Below, piece after piece: positions 29,981-39,656 of a stretch of 64,000 bases of DNA. This stretch comes from Tepidisphaera sp. (GTDB lineage Bacteria > Planctomycetota > Phycisphaerae > Phycisphaerales > UBA1924). Position 1 is the stretch's first letter, and each line of letters opens with the position of its first letter. The notes beneath the pieces were generated by a model that was given only the letters and a program-made list of their open reading frames with translations, had not been told where the DNA came from and searched no databases. Where the stretch lies: the NCBI GenBank assembly GCA_050916045.1, contig CP051526.1, forward strand, positions 128,001 through 192,000, given 5' to 3'. Position numbers and translations under genes: made by a program.

Positions 29981-31114
29981 CCGCTCGCGCCACAGCTTGT
30001 CCACCAGCGCCGTGACCGGGCTGGCTTCGGGCAGTTCCTGAGCGCACGCGACGAGCAGATCGATCAGCCCGTCGTAGTCCTCCAAGCTCACAAACTCGCA
30101 GCCGATTTTTGCGGGCTCGGTGTTCGTCTTGGCTTGCACAGCCGTGAGATCGGCCATGTTGTGGTAGTTGCCCAGCGCGAGGCAGACGCAGGTGGCTTCG
30201 TACCCGGCTTCGCAGAAGACCGAAGCTTCGCAGGCACCGCCCGCCATGAGCTTGCGCTGCCACTTCCACGCCGGCTTTCCCTCCTTGACCGACTGGGTCG
30301 CGAGGTCCTCGGCCCGCTTGGCGATCGCCGCGGTCAGGCATGGCGAGAAGACGCTGAGCCTGTCGCCCACGCGGACCACCGGGCCGCCGCCGATGGGGCT
30401 TTCGGGGAACGAGCGGCTGTTCTCCAGCGCGATGATGCGGGCGTCGCGCGGCAGGATCTTCTCTTTCACCGCCGCGATCGCTCCGACAAAGCCGATCTCC
30501 TCGGCCCGCGTGAAGAGGACCCGCACCGGCTGATTGGCGACCTGAAACCCGCGCCAGACGTCAAACGCCGAGAGCGCCGCGGCCACCGCCGAAAGGTCAT
30601 CGCACGCGTCCGTGTGGATGCAGCCGTCGATTTCCGACGCCGGGGGCAGCGCCCAGCGGCCGATGTCGCCCGGCACGATGCCGTCCGCCGGCTCGCCGAG
30701 TTTCACCCGCCAGAGGTTTCCGTACGCGTTCTCGCCGCATTTCTCCGCGACGCGGCCGAGATGCGGCTTGTTCTCATGATCGAGGACTTCGACCGTGGCC
30801 TGCTCGAAATACGCGTCCATGACTCCGCCGCGGAAGGACATCTCAAGCTCGCCTGGGCCTACCACCCGCTCGACCACAAACGCCGGGTGATCCAGATGCG
30901 CCGTGAAATAGAGCGGACGACCGCCGGGCTCGTGCGTGCGGGCAAGGGTGATGTTGCCGACCGCGTCCCGGGTCAGTGTGACGTCCGGCCGTTCAGCCGC
31001 CCAACGCTCGATCCAGCGTTCCACGCGATCCTCACGCCCGGCGGCGGTGGGGATCTGCGTGATCTCGAAAAGCCAGCGTCGGTGCAAGGCGCGAGTTTCC
31101 GTTGAAATCGACAT
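29957..31114 (-). CDS. M42/M20-family metallopeptidase
   Basis: PTAAGRE, TAHLDHP, ACDD, TRAEEIG, GGACEA, NYHN. Confidence 0.85.
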   Translation of the reverse strand: MSISTETRALHRRWLFEITQIPTAAGREDRVERWIERWAAERPDVTLTRDAVGNITLARTHEPGGRPLYFTAHLDHPAFVVERVVGPGELEMSFRGGVMDAYFEQATVEVLDHENKPHLGRVAEKCGENAYGNLWRVKLGEPADGIVPGDIGRWALPPASEIDGCIHTDACDDLSAVAAALSAFDVWRGFQVANQPVRVLFTRAEEIGFVGAIAAVKEKILPRDARIIALENSRSFPESPIGGGPVVRVGDRLSVFSPCLTAAIAKRAEDLATQSVKEGKPAWKWQRKLMAGGACEASVFCEAGYEATCVCLALGNYHNMADLTAVQAKTNTEPAKIGCEFVSLEDYDGLIDLLVACAQELPEASPVTALVDKLWRERSSVLARD

Positions 31115-31239
31115 GGCGCGATTATACCGAACTTCGCACAAACGCTCGTCCGGTCGGGCGACGCCGCGCGGCTTCATGAACTCAGCCTGAGTTTCCGCTT
31201 AATCCGAACCTCGGCTGACGTTCATCCACGGCCGCAGAA

Positions 31240-31812
31240 TCAGCCTTGAACACCCTGATCCATGTCGATCCGCAGCCGTTCGAGCGCGGGGTGCCGTGAT
31301 TCTTTCTTCTCCCGAAGACGCTCGATGACCAAACCGGGCACCATTGCGCGGAGCGCCGACATGTCCGAGCCCATCGCCGTCACCTGCTTGATGAGACTGG
31401 AACTGGTATACGCGAAGCTCTGGCCGGCGACCACGAACGCGGTCTCGAGCCCCGCGACCTCGCGGTTCGTCACCGCTTGCTGGATCTCGTACTGCAGATC
31501 CGACAGGTTGCGAACGCCGCGGAGAAGCCCCGCCGCGTTGACCGACCGGGCGAAATCGACCGTCAGGCCGGCGAAACTCCGCACGGTCACTTTTGCGCCC
31601 TCGGGCTCGCGGGCCAGAAGTTCATCGACGAGGGCTTTGGCCATCTCGACCCGCTCTTCGGCGGAGAAGAGCTGGTCCTTCGCCGGGTTGCGGCCCACCG
31701 CGACGATCAACTCGTCGAACAGGCGGCGCCCGCGCTGGATCACATCGAGATGTCCGAACGTGATGGGGTCAAACGACCCGGGATAGAGAGCAAGGTGCTT
31801 GCGTGTGGCCAT
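31240..31812 (-). CDS. coaD: Pantetheine-phosphate adenylyltransferase
   Basis: YPGSFDPITFGHLDVI, RGVRNLSDLQYE, SSSLIK. Confidence 0.95.
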   Translation of the reverse strand: MATRKHLALYPGSFDPITFGHLDVIQRGRRLFDELIVAVGRNPAKDQLFSAEERVEMAKALVDELLAREPEGAKVTVRSFAGLTVDFARSVNAAGLLRGVRNLSDLQYEIQQAVTNREVAGLETAFVVAGQSFAYTSSSLIKQVTAMGSDMSALRAMVPGLVIERLREKKESRHPALERLRIDMDQGVQG

Positions 31813-31931
31813 CAGCCGAGTGTATCCGGCGACGGTCTTTTCGTGCACGGCAGCGCAGCAAGGTCGGACGAGCGGCTCTCTGAGACGGATTCCTCCCCGG
31901 AGGATTCGCCCGGGGTCGCGAGGAGGCATCA

Positions 31932-33092
31932 ATGGACAATCTGAAATGCGTTTTTGGCCGCGTCTTCGGTCGCGCCTTGGCGATCTCGCCATTGGCTCTT
32001 CTGGCATGCGCCGCCCGTGGGCAGTGCCCCCTCGAAGCGGTCGTGCTTCAGACCCCGACGGCATCGTTCACGCAGGACTGCGGCGGGTACACGCCGGCGG
32101 GCGCCATCGACGCAAACCCCGCGACCGCGTGGGCGCTGGGTCGTTGCAGCGGCGGCGGGGATACCTCGCGGTCGGAGACGCTGGTATTTGAGACGCGCGA
32201 CGATTTCGGCGGGCCGGGGCTGACCAGGCTTGTCGTGGATCTCTTCTCGGGGGGCGCGTTCTCGGGGACGAACCTGAGCGCCGGACGCCTGCTGATCTCG
32301 TACACCCAGGCGAACCGTGACACCTTTGCGAACGGTGTTGCGGCGGGCGGTCAACTCGGCGCGGAGTGGACGCCGTTGGTGCCGACGATCGTGTTGGCGT
32401 CGCGGGCGAACGCTTCGGGCGTGACGCAGCCGGCCAACGCTCAGCTTGATCCGACGGCGACGATCGGGCCTGACGGCACGATCCTGATCGGCGGGCCGAG
32501 CCCCGAATTCGCGAACTACACGGTGATCGCGACGGTGCCTTCCGGCGTCGTGCGCGGAATTCGGCTCGACTTCATCGATTCCAACGGGACGTCGACGGCG
32601 CCGGACGGCGGGCTACCGACGGGCGGGCCGGGTCGTCACGCGAACGGCAACATGCTGCTTCGGACGGTCGCGGTGCGTCAGTCGCGCCCGCTTTCGATCC
32701 TGATCCATCCGGAGAGCGGCCGGGTGTGCTCGACGCGGCCGTGGCAGCTTTCGGTGACGGCGGACGGTCGCGGGCCGCTGACGTTCCAGTGGTATCGTGA
32801 CGGAGCGGCGGTTGAGGGTGCGACGACGGCGTTCTACGTGACGTCGGTGCCGGGCCGCTACAACGTTCGGGTGCAGTCGTCCTGCGATTTCGCGGTAAGC
32901 GAGGACGCAGTGCTCGAAGGGTGCTTGGCGGACGTGAACTGCGACCAGTTCGTGGATTTCTTTGACTACAACGAGTTCGTCGAGCTGTACCAGCTCGGCG
33001 ATATGCGATCGGACGCCAACCGCGACGGGTTCATCGATTTCTTCGACTATCTCGAGTACACGACGGCGTACCAGGAAGGCTGCCGGTTCTAA
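31932..33092 (+). CDS. Secreted protein with Ig-like domain and GC-type dockerin-like tail
   Basis: AGGAGG SD; signal peptide; LTFQWYRDG Ig motif; two DxNxDxFxDFFDY motifs, ends GCRF. Confidence 0.85.
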   Translation: MDNLKCVFGRVFGRALAISPLALLACAARGQCPLEAVVLQTPTASFTQDCGGYTPAGAIDANPATAWALGRCSGGGDTSRSETLVFETRDDFGGPGLTRLVVDLFSGGAFSGTNLSAGRLLISYTQANRDTFANGVAAGGQLGAEWTPLVPTIVLASRANASGVTQPANAQLDPTATIGPDGTILIGGPSPEFANYTVIATVPSGVVRGIRLDFIDSNGTSTAPDGGLPTGGPGRHANGNMLLRTVAVRQSRPLSILIHPESGRVCSTRPWQLSVTADGRGPLTFQWYRDGAAVEGATTAFYVTSVPGRYNVRVQSSCDFAVSEDAVLEGCLADVNCDQFVDFFDYNEFVELYQLGDMRSDANRDGFIDFFDYLEYTTAYQEGCRF

Positions 33093-33113
33093 GCAAAGCC
33101 ATCTCGCCAAAGA

Positions 33114-33146
33114 AAGAGACCCCGGAGGCGGCCTCCGGGGTCTTTT
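33114..33146. terminator. Bidirectional intrinsic terminator
   Basis: AGACCCCGGAGG-CGG-CCTCCGGGGTCT with A and T tails between convergent genes. Confidence 0.8.
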
Positions 33147-33170
33147 GCTGGACTGAGCTTGTGGTGTCGA

Positions 33171-33992
33171 TCAACGCTTGCGGCGGCCGACGGCGAGAGC
33201 GCCAAGACCGAGCAGAGCGACCGAGCCCGGAGTGGGCACCGCGACGCCGGAGCCGACCGCGACGATGTCAGGGCCGTTGAAGGCGCTGGTCGTCTGGATC
33301 CGGATGCCGACCAGGCCGTCCCACGAGTCGTCGAAGGAGATGCCCACGCCGTGCACCTGCTGCGCCCCGCCGATCTCGAGCGTGTCGAGGGTCCAGCCCA
33401 CGCGGGCCGTCTGGCTGCGGTTGATCAGAATGCCCGAGGTGAGCGAGCCGTCGGCGAAGATGCCAAAGACGCGGAAATCGCTGTTGCCGCCGCGCTCAAG
33501 CACCGAGAGTTCCATCGTGGACGAGTCGCCGTCGCTGTCGAGGAACTTGCCCGCGCCGTAGAACAGGTCGAGCGTGTACGCCCCGGCGTCCTCGCCGTCG
33601 ATGATCCACGACATGTTCTTGTACCCGTTGAATCCGCCGAAGACGTCGCGGAGCGTGCCCTTGCCCGCGCCTTCGTCGGGCATCGCGGACGAGCCGTCGG
33701 CCCGGTCCGGGTTGGCCGAGAACGCGTTGCCGCCCGTGTTCATGTCGCGCGTGACCAGGTCCGTCCAGCCGTAGGTGCCGACGTTGTTGATCAGCCGGCC
33801 GCTTTCCCACTGCGTGAAGTTCACGCCGCCCATGAGGTTGGACGAACCCGCGAACCCGAGGCTCACGATCTCACGGTCACCGCCGTGCATCATGGACGCG
33901 GTTTTGGAGCTGTCCGCTCCGGCCGTCGTGATTCCCGCCGACGCGACGGAGCAGATCATGCCCGCCGCCACCACCATAAGAACGTTCTTCAT
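33171..33992 (-). CDS. PEP-CTERM surface protein
   Basis: Signal peptide; C-terminal VPTPGSVALLGLGALAVGRRKR. Confidence 0.88.
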   Translation of the reverse strand: MKNVLMVVAAGMICSVASAGITTAGADSSKTASMMHGGDREIVSLGFAGSSNLMGGVNFTQWESGRLINNVGTYGWTDLVTRDMNTGGNAFSANPDRADGSSAMPDEGAGKGTLRDVFGGFNGYKNMSWIIDGEDAGAYTLDLFYGAGKFLDSDGDSSTMELSVLERGGNSDFRVFGIFADGSLTSGILINRSQTARVGWTLDTLEIGGAQQVHGVGISFDDSWDGLVGIRIQTTSAFNGPDIVAVGSGVAVPTPGSVALLGLGALAVGRRKR

Positions 33993-34233
33993 CTCTTTGT
34001 CTCCCTGTTGCCGCCGTCAGGCGGCCTCTCCTCTCAACATGCCGCGAACCCCGGCCCCAAGCCACTCCCAGGACCAATTCCGCGGCAACTCTCACTCCCG
34101 GCCCCGGCGCAGGCCCTCCAGCCCGCACCGAGTTCACAGCTCCACCAGAGCCGTGTCCGAGAACCTTTCATGAAAAAACGGGCCACATCGTGGTGACATA
34201 GCCCGTTGAACACATTCGGAATGTCGTCGCGGA

Positions 34234-34437
34234 TTACCGGCGACGGCGTCCGACGCACAGACCCGCCAGGCCCAGCAGAGCCATGCTGCCCGGGGTCGGC
34301 GTGATGAACGACTCGCTCTCGCCGTTCGCGAACGCGATGACGTGCATGCCGACGCGCAGCGAACCGTTGTTCATCGCGCTGAGCACGCTGGCGTACGTCC
34401 CGCCGTTGATCAGGTTGAAGGTCAGAACCAGTGTTTC
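34234..34437 (-). pseudogene. 3' fragment of a PEP-CTERM protein gene
   Basis: ETLVLTFNL...LRVGMHV...SESFITPTPGSMALLGLAGLCVGRRRR-stop, with no signal peptide or credible start upstream. Confidence 0.65.
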
Positions 34438-34651
34438 GAACAGTCTCTCGGCGGCCCGGTTTCCCGGTCCGCTCTCTCTCAGTACGCATTGTCTTCCAAA
34501 GAGATGCTTGGGGCAAGAGGCGAAGCGCAAGAATCGCCGATTCCGCAGGAGTTGTCGGGTTTCTCGGTCTATAGGAGGGTCCGGGAAGTGAGTGATCGGG
34601 TTTTGTTTGCTTTGGCGGGACCGTGGCTCGCGCGGCTATCCTCACATCCCA

Positions 34652-36415
34652 ATGCCCACCATCACCATCAACGGGAAGAAGTGCGAGTTCACGCCGGGCC
34701 AGACGATCCTTCAGGTCGCCAACGCCCAGGGCACCGAGATCCCGCAGTACTGCTATCACGACGGGCTTTCCATCGTGGCGTCCTGCCGCATCTGCCTGGC
34801 GGAGATCTGGTCGCCCGATGCCAAGACGGGCCAGTTGATGCCGCAGATGGGCGGCAAGCTTCAGCCCACGTGCCAGACCCCCGCCACCGACGGCGCGGTG
34901 GTCTACACCGACTCGCCCAAGTCGGTCGCGAACCAGAAATCGGTGATGGAGTTCCTGCTCATCAACCACCCGCTTGACTGCCCGGTCTGCGACCAGGCCG
35001 GCGAGTGCTACCTGCAGGACTATTCGTACGAGTACGGCCGTGGCGTCTCGCGGTTTGAGGAGACGAAGGTCAAGCAGCCCAAGAAGGACCTTGGCCCGCA
35101 CGTCCTGCTTTATTCCGACCGCTGCATCATGTGCACCCGCTGCGTGCGGTTCACGAAGGAAGTGACCGGGACGAGCGAGCTGATGGTCGCGGGCCGCGGC
35201 AACAAGGAAGAAATCGACGTGTTCCCGGGGATCCCGCTCGCCAATGAGCTCTCCGCGAACGTGACGGACCTCTGCCCGGTCGGCGCGCTGCTCGACAAGG
35301 ACTTCCTGTTCGCCCAGCGCGTCTGGTTCCTCAAGAGCACGCCCTCCATCGACGGCATCACCGCCAGCGGCGACAACATCTTCGTCGAGCACAACCAGGG
35401 CAGCGTCTACCGCATCAAGCCCCGGGCCAATCTCGCCGTCAACAAGTGGTGGATCACCGACGAGGTCCGCTACGGCTGGAAGCACGTTCACGCGAGCAAC
35501 CGCCTCCGCACCCCGTACCGCCGCCAGTACGGCACCCTCATCGAGAGCGACTTCGCCCGCGCGTACGAGATCGTGATCGAGGGCGTCAAGAAAGCCGTCG
35601 CTTCCGGGAAGAAATCCGCCCTCATGGTTTCGCCCATGCTCCCGTGCGAGGAAGCGTTCCTGCTCGCCAAGCTCGTCAAGCAGCTCGACCCGGGAGCCGT
35701 CTTCGCCGTCGGTCCCGTTCCCTTCAAGGGCCAGGACAAGACCTTCCCCGCCGGCATCGATCCGTCGGACAAGAAGGCTTTCACGATGTACGCGGAGAAA
35801 GCCCCCAACGCCCGCGGCGTGCGGCGCGTCCTCTCCGCATTCGGCCCCGTGCTCGAGTTCGCCGACTTCCTCAAAGCCTTGGGCGAGGGCACCGGCCGGA
35901 GCGACATCGGCGCCGCGATCGTGACCGGCAACTATCCGTCCGAGTGGGTCCCGGCTTCGCTCGAGAGCGCCCTTGCGGGCAAGTTCGTCGCCCTCATCGA
36001 CACGCACGAGTCCTCGCTGATGTCCCGTGCGGACATCGTTCTTCCCGGCGCGACGTGGGTTGAGAAAGCCGGCACCTTCGAGAACGCCCGCGGCATGCTC
36101 CAGGCGTTCGAGCAGGCGATTCCGGTCATCGAGCTCGCCAAGACGGAGGGGCAGCTCGCCCTCGACATGTTCGCCGAGCTCGCGAACGTGCCGGTGAAAG
36201 CCGGGGAAGCGACGTGGCAGGTCGTCGAGACCACCAAGGGCCAGGTGGCCGCCGCCGTCGAAACCGCTCCCGCCCGCGCGAAAGCCTACAACGCCGCGAA
36301 CACCCGGATCGAGATGGCCCGCGAGCATCCGACCCTCGCCGTGTTCGCGACCGGCGTCGCGACGCCTCATCTTCCGCCCGTGGCCAAGTCCGATATGCCG
36401 ATGATCGAGCTCTGA
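34652..36415 (+). CDS. nuoG: NADH-quinone oxidoreductase subunit G-like Fe-S protein (stand-alone)
   Basis: IPQYCYH..SCRICL, NHPLDCPVCDQAGEC, CIMCTRC..DLCPVGAL, C-terminal ADIVLPGATWVEKAGTF. Confidence 0.85.
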   Translation: MPTITINGKKCEFTPGQTILQVANAQGTEIPQYCYHDGLSIVASCRICLAEIWSPDAKTGQLMPQMGGKLQPTCQTPATDGAVVYTDSPKSVANQKSVMEFLLINHPLDCPVCDQAGECYLQDYSYEYGRGVSRFEETKVKQPKKDLGPHVLLYSDRCIMCTRCVRFTKEVTGTSELMVAGRGNKEEIDVFPGIPLANELSANVTDLCPVGALLDKDFLFAQRVWFLKSTPSIDGITASGDNIFVEHNQGSVYRIKPRANLAVNKWWITDEVRYGWKHVHASNRLRTPYRRQYGTLIESDFARAYEIVIEGVKKAVASGKKSALMVSPMLPCEEAFLLAKLVKQLDPGAVFAVGPVPFKGQDKTFPAGIDPSDKKAFTMYAEKAPNARGVRRVLSAFGPVLEFADFLKALGEGTGRSDIGAAIVTGNYPSEWVPASLESALAGKFVALIDTHESSLMSRADIVLPGATWVEKAGTFENARGMLQAFEQAIPVIELAKTEGQLALDMFAELANVPVKAGEATWQVVETTKGQVAAAVETAPARAKAYNAANTRIEMAREHPTLAVFATGVATPHLPPVAKSDMPMIEL

Positions 36416-36455
36416 GCAGCATGAACCTCGCCGCCGCCGGCCGGTACACCATGGC

Positions 36456-36806
36456 ATGAACGGCTTCATCATCGTGGTCATCGCGGCAACCGTTGCAGTT
36501 CTTGTCGGCATCTTCGCCTACATGGCGATCGCCGCTTCCCGGTCGAGCCGGACGGAGCGTTCAGAGTCAAGCGGCGCCGCTTCGTCCGACGGCGGCTCCG
36601 CGCCAATCTGGCCCTTGGCCGCGGCCGCAAGCGTCGACACCCCGAGCGACCACCCCTCTCGAGACGATGGCCCGCAGCAGGATCCTCATCGCGGACCGGC
36701 CGGTTCGTCGGGGTTCGATGTCGAGTACGGTGGGGGTAGTGACTCCGGTGGAAGCGATGGCGGCGGCGGTGGTGGAGATGGTGGTGGCGGTGGTGGGGGC
36801 GACTGA
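36456..36806 (+). CDS. Small membrane protein with Gly-rich acidic tail
   Basis: N-terminal TM helix; ends GGSDGGGGGGDGGGGGGD. Confidence 0.75.
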   Translation: MNGFIIVVIAATVAVLVGIFAYMAIAASRSSRTERSESSGAASSDGGSAPIWPLAAAASVDTPSDHPSRDDGPQQDPHRGPAGSSGFDVEYGGGSDSGGSDGGGGGGDGGGGGGGD

Positions 36807-36829
36807 CCGAGCGCTAGGATCTTCCGCTC

Positions 36830-37006
36830 ATGTGGACCGAGATCCTCATCTTCTCCGCGATCACGGTCGTCTTCGGCGTCTTCGGCACCCTCGCGTGGTG
36901 GAAGCTCGCCGATGGATGGGTCACCGAAGAGCATCGCCGCTTCAAGTCCAAGCCGACCTCGTCCACGCCGGGCATCGTCATCAAGAACATCAAGGATGAG
37001 CCGTGA
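36830..37006 (+). CDS. Small membrane protein (58 aa, not in ORF track)
   Basis: MWTEILIFSAITVVFGVFGTLAWWKLADGWVTEEHRRFK...; typical GC3-rich codons. Confidence 0.7.
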   Translation: MWTEILIFSAITVVFGVFGTLAWWKLADGWVTEEHRRFKSKPTSSTPGIVIKNIKDEP

Positions 37007-37116
37007 CGTGGGCCGACCTGTTCTTCGGCTCGCTGCTCGCCATCTTCTGCATCGGCGGGCTTCTGATTCGGCGGCATGTTGGCGGGCTTGATCGCAAACC
37101 CAACAGCCGGAGGTGA
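37003..37116 (+). CDS. Putative 37-aa membrane peptide
   Basis: GTGA overlap with previous stop; MTWADLFFGSLLAIFCIGGLLIRRHVGG... Confidence 0.45.
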   Translation: MTWADLFFGSLLAIFCIGGLLIRRHVGGLDRKPNSRR

Positions 37117-37119
37117 CCG

Positions 37120-37404
37120 ATGAACCTCGTGAGCATCTCTTCAGCGATCGCGCGAACGCTGCTCTTTGTCTTCTGCCTTTGGGTGCTCAATATCCCGACG
37201 GCGTTCGTCATTCAGCTGTTCAGGGCCGATCTCGAAGCCCTCGGCGATGACCATCCGCTGCCCACGTGGGCCGCCGCGCCCGTCGTGCTTCTGCTGGTGC
37301 TGCTTCCCTCGCCGATCGCGTGGCGATGGGCGGGCCTTCGCAAGCAAGCGACCGCCAAGACCGATGAAAACGGCCGAGAACATGATCTTTCGCGACGGTC
37401 TTGA
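37120..37404 (+). CDS. Small two-TM hypothetical protein
   Basis: GGAGGT SD; two hydrophobic segments. Confidence 0.6.
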   Translation: MNLVSISSAIARTLLFVFCLWVLNIPTAFVIQLFRADLEALGDDHPLPTWAAAPVVLLLVLLPSPIAWRWAGLRKQATAKTDENGREHDLSRRS

Positions 37405-37428
37405 CTCGTTCGCGAACGCGTGTAGAGT
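37401..37428 (+). promoter_or_regulatory. Sigma70-type promoter (TTGACT-16 nt-TAGAGT) for the Cys leader/cys operon
   Basis: -35 at 37401-37406, -10 at 37423-37428, then 7 nt to ATG 37436. Confidence 0.7.
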
Positions 37429-37435
37429 CTTCTCG

Positions 37436-37471
37436 ATGGCCATCTGCTGTCAACCCGGCTGTTGTTGTTGA
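37436..37471 (+). CDS. Polycysteine leader peptide MAICCQPGCCC (putative cysteine-sensing attenuator sORF)
   Basis: ATG GCC ATC TGC TGT CAA CCC GGC TGT TGT TGT TGA; 5 of 11 codons Cys; no SD; 140 nt upstream of cysteine synthase. Confidence 0.8.
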   Translation: MAICCQPGCCC

Positions 37472-37611
37472 GGGACGCGAACTCCGCGAACCCTCCGACG
37501 CTGATCTGATTCAATCCGGTTGACCCGCCGTCCCCCCTCTCATCTGAACGCTTTCCTCACACCGTCCGTGCAGCGCCCTCACGCCGCATCGGTCGACCAA
37601 GGCATCCCGCC

Positions 37612-38577
37612 ATGGACCGCGCACTCCGCGTGTACGACAACCTCTCGCAGATGGTCCCAAGCGTCGAAGACCCGACGCCTCTGGTCCGCATCAACCGCCT
37701 GAATCCGAACGCGGAGACCTTCCCGCTCTTCGCCAAGCTCGAGTGGTACAACCCCACCGGCTCGGTGAAGGATCGTGCCGCGTGGGCGATGATCCAGGAT
37801 CTCGAGAGGCGGTCGAACGGCTCGCCGCTCCGCATCGTGGAGCCCACAAGCGGCAACACGGGCCTCGCGCTCGCGGCTCTTGGAGGCTCGCGTGGCCACT
37901 CCGTCCGCGTGGTTGTTCCGGCGAAGGTTCCGGCCGAAAAACGCACGCTTCTGCGGCTTGCGGGTGCCCAGGTCGATGTGATCAACGATCAGCTTTGCCC
38001 CGCGCCGGGTCTTGGCGAGGGCGCGATCAACCTCGCGATGACCTACGCCCGAGCCCAGGGCTACGCGCTGCCGAACCAGTACGAGAACGCGCTCAACGCC
38101 GAAGCCCATGAGCGGACGACGGGCCCGGAGATCTGGAAGCAGACGCAGGGCAAGGTGACGCACGTCTTCGCCGCGCTGGGCACCTGCGGGACCATCACCG
38201 GCCTCTCTCGATTCCTCCGCTCCCGGAACCCCTCGATCAAGATCATCGCGATTCAGCCGACGCCCGGACACGATGTCCCTGGCCTTCGGAACACCTCAGA
38301 ACTCGCGGTGAGCAAGCTCTACGACCCCTCGCTTGTCGATGAGGTCGTGGAGGTCGAGCACAAGCTCGCATACCCCCGAGCGGCGGAGCTTTTCCGCGTC
38401 GAGGGGCTTCGAGCGGGGCCCGGGAGCGGCCTGATCTTCGAGGGAGCCCGGCGGGTGATCGCTCGCGAGAGCGCCGCGTCCCGCGTGGGCCACGCCGTCG
38501 CGATCTTCTGCGACGACGCGTTCAAGTACGCAGCGTCGTTCGAGAAGCACCTCCCCGACCTGAAGGAGCACGCATGA
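37612..38577 (+). CDS. PLP-dependent cysteine synthase family protein (CysK/CysM-like)
   Basis: AKLEWYNPTGSVKDR, EPTSGNTG, NQYEN, TTGPEIW, GTCGTITG. Confidence 0.92.
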   Translation: MDRALRVYDNLSQMVPSVEDPTPLVRINRLNPNAETFPLFAKLEWYNPTGSVKDRAAWAMIQDLERRSNGSPLRIVEPTSGNTGLALAALGGSRGHSVRVVVPAKVPAEKRTLLRLAGAQVDVINDQLCPAPGLGEGAINLAMTYARAQGYALPNQYENALNAEAHERTTGPEIWKQTQGKVTHVFAALGTCGTITGLSRFLRSRNPSIKIIAIQPTPGHDVPGLRNTSELAVSKLYDPSLVDEVVEVEHKLAYPRAAELFRVEGLRAGPGSGLIFEGARRVIARESAASRVGHAVAIFCDDAFKYAASFEKHLPDLKEHA

Positions 38578-38710
38578 GCCATCCGCGGCATCCCAGGTTC
38601 AAGATCGACTGTTGACGGCGCTCGTTCGCACGCTTCCTCGTTCGCGCACGCACCTCACGCATCACATCAAGCACCAACAACACGCCGCACGCACGCGGCA
38701 CGGAGATCCC

Positions 38711-39619
38711 ATGTCCACGATCAATCCCCATGTTCAGTACGCCCATCCCGAAGTGCTCGTCGACGCCCAGTGGCTTCGGGCACACCTCCACGAACCCCGC
38801 GTCCGCGTCGTCGAGGTCGATGTCGACACCAAGCAGTATGACGCGGGCCACATCCCCGGGGCCGTCGCTTTCAACTGGCAGACCCAGCTTCAGGATCAGG
38901 TGACGCGCGACATCCTGAGCAAGCCCGCGTTTGAGGCTCTTCTCAGCACTGCGGGCATCCGGCCTGAGGACACCATCGTCCTCTATGGCGACAACCACAA
39001 CTGGTTCGCGGCGTACGCGTTCTGGCTGTTCAAGGTCTATGGCCACGCGGACGTCCGGCTGCTCAACGGCGGGCGCGGCAAGTGGCTTTCGGATTCGGAG
39101 AACCCCCTGACGAACGCACGGTCGGAGCACGCGCCGTCCAAGTACCGAGTCTCGGGGATCAACGCGTTGCTTAGGGCGAGGCTTGGCGAGGTGCTCGACA
39201 TCGCGTCGAGCGGTCGGTCCAAGCTTGTCGACGTCCGGTCCCCGGACGAGTACGCCGGCAAGATCATCGCTCCACCCGGCCTCTCCGAGACGGCCCAGCG
39301 GCCCGGCCGAATCCCCGGGGCGCGGTCGGCGCCGTGGTCCCAAGCCGTGAGTGCCGACGGCACGTTCAAGCCGCGAGCGTTGCTCGAAGATCTCTACCTC
39401 AACCAGCTTGGCCTGAGGCAGGACACCGAAACCGTGACCTACTGCCGTATCGGTGAGCGTTCAAGCCACACGTGGTTCGTGCTCACCTACCTCTTGGGTT
39501 TCAAAAAGGTCAAGAACTACGACGGGTCTTGGACCGAGTACGGGAATCTGATCGGCGCGCCGATCGAAAGAGAGACGGTGAACGAGCCCGCGGATCAGAC
39601 CCGCCAAGCCGTCGCCTGA
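38711..39619 (+). CDS. Tandem-rhodanese thiosulfate sulfurtransferase (CysA2/SseA-like)
   Basis: GHIPGAV, LNGG, DVRSPDEY, YCRIGERS active-site loop, YDGSWTEY; GGAG SD. Confidence 0.93.
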   Translation: MSTINPHVQYAHPEVLVDAQWLRAHLHEPRVRVVEVDVDTKQYDAGHIPGAVAFNWQTQLQDQVTRDILSKPAFEALLSTAGIRPEDTIVLYGDNHNWFAAYAFWLFKVYGHADVRLLNGGRGKWLSDSENPLTNARSEHAPSKYRVSGINALLRARLGEVLDIASSGRSKLVDVRSPDEYAGKIIAPPGLSETAQRPGRIPGARSAPWSQAVSADGTFKPRALLEDLYLNQLGLRQDTETVTYCRIGERSSHTWFVLTYLLGFKKVKNYDGSWTEYGNLIGAPIERETVNEPADQTRQAVA

Positions 39620-39656
39620 GAACTCCGCTCGCGGAGGAAGGAGAGACCTTCGTGGA

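Noticed and set aside
38578..38710. His-rich N-terminal extension or second leader peptide before the sulfurtransferase
   Set aside because: Arises from a CA-rich spacer with only a TTG start and no SD; the ATG at 38711 has a good SD and matches family length
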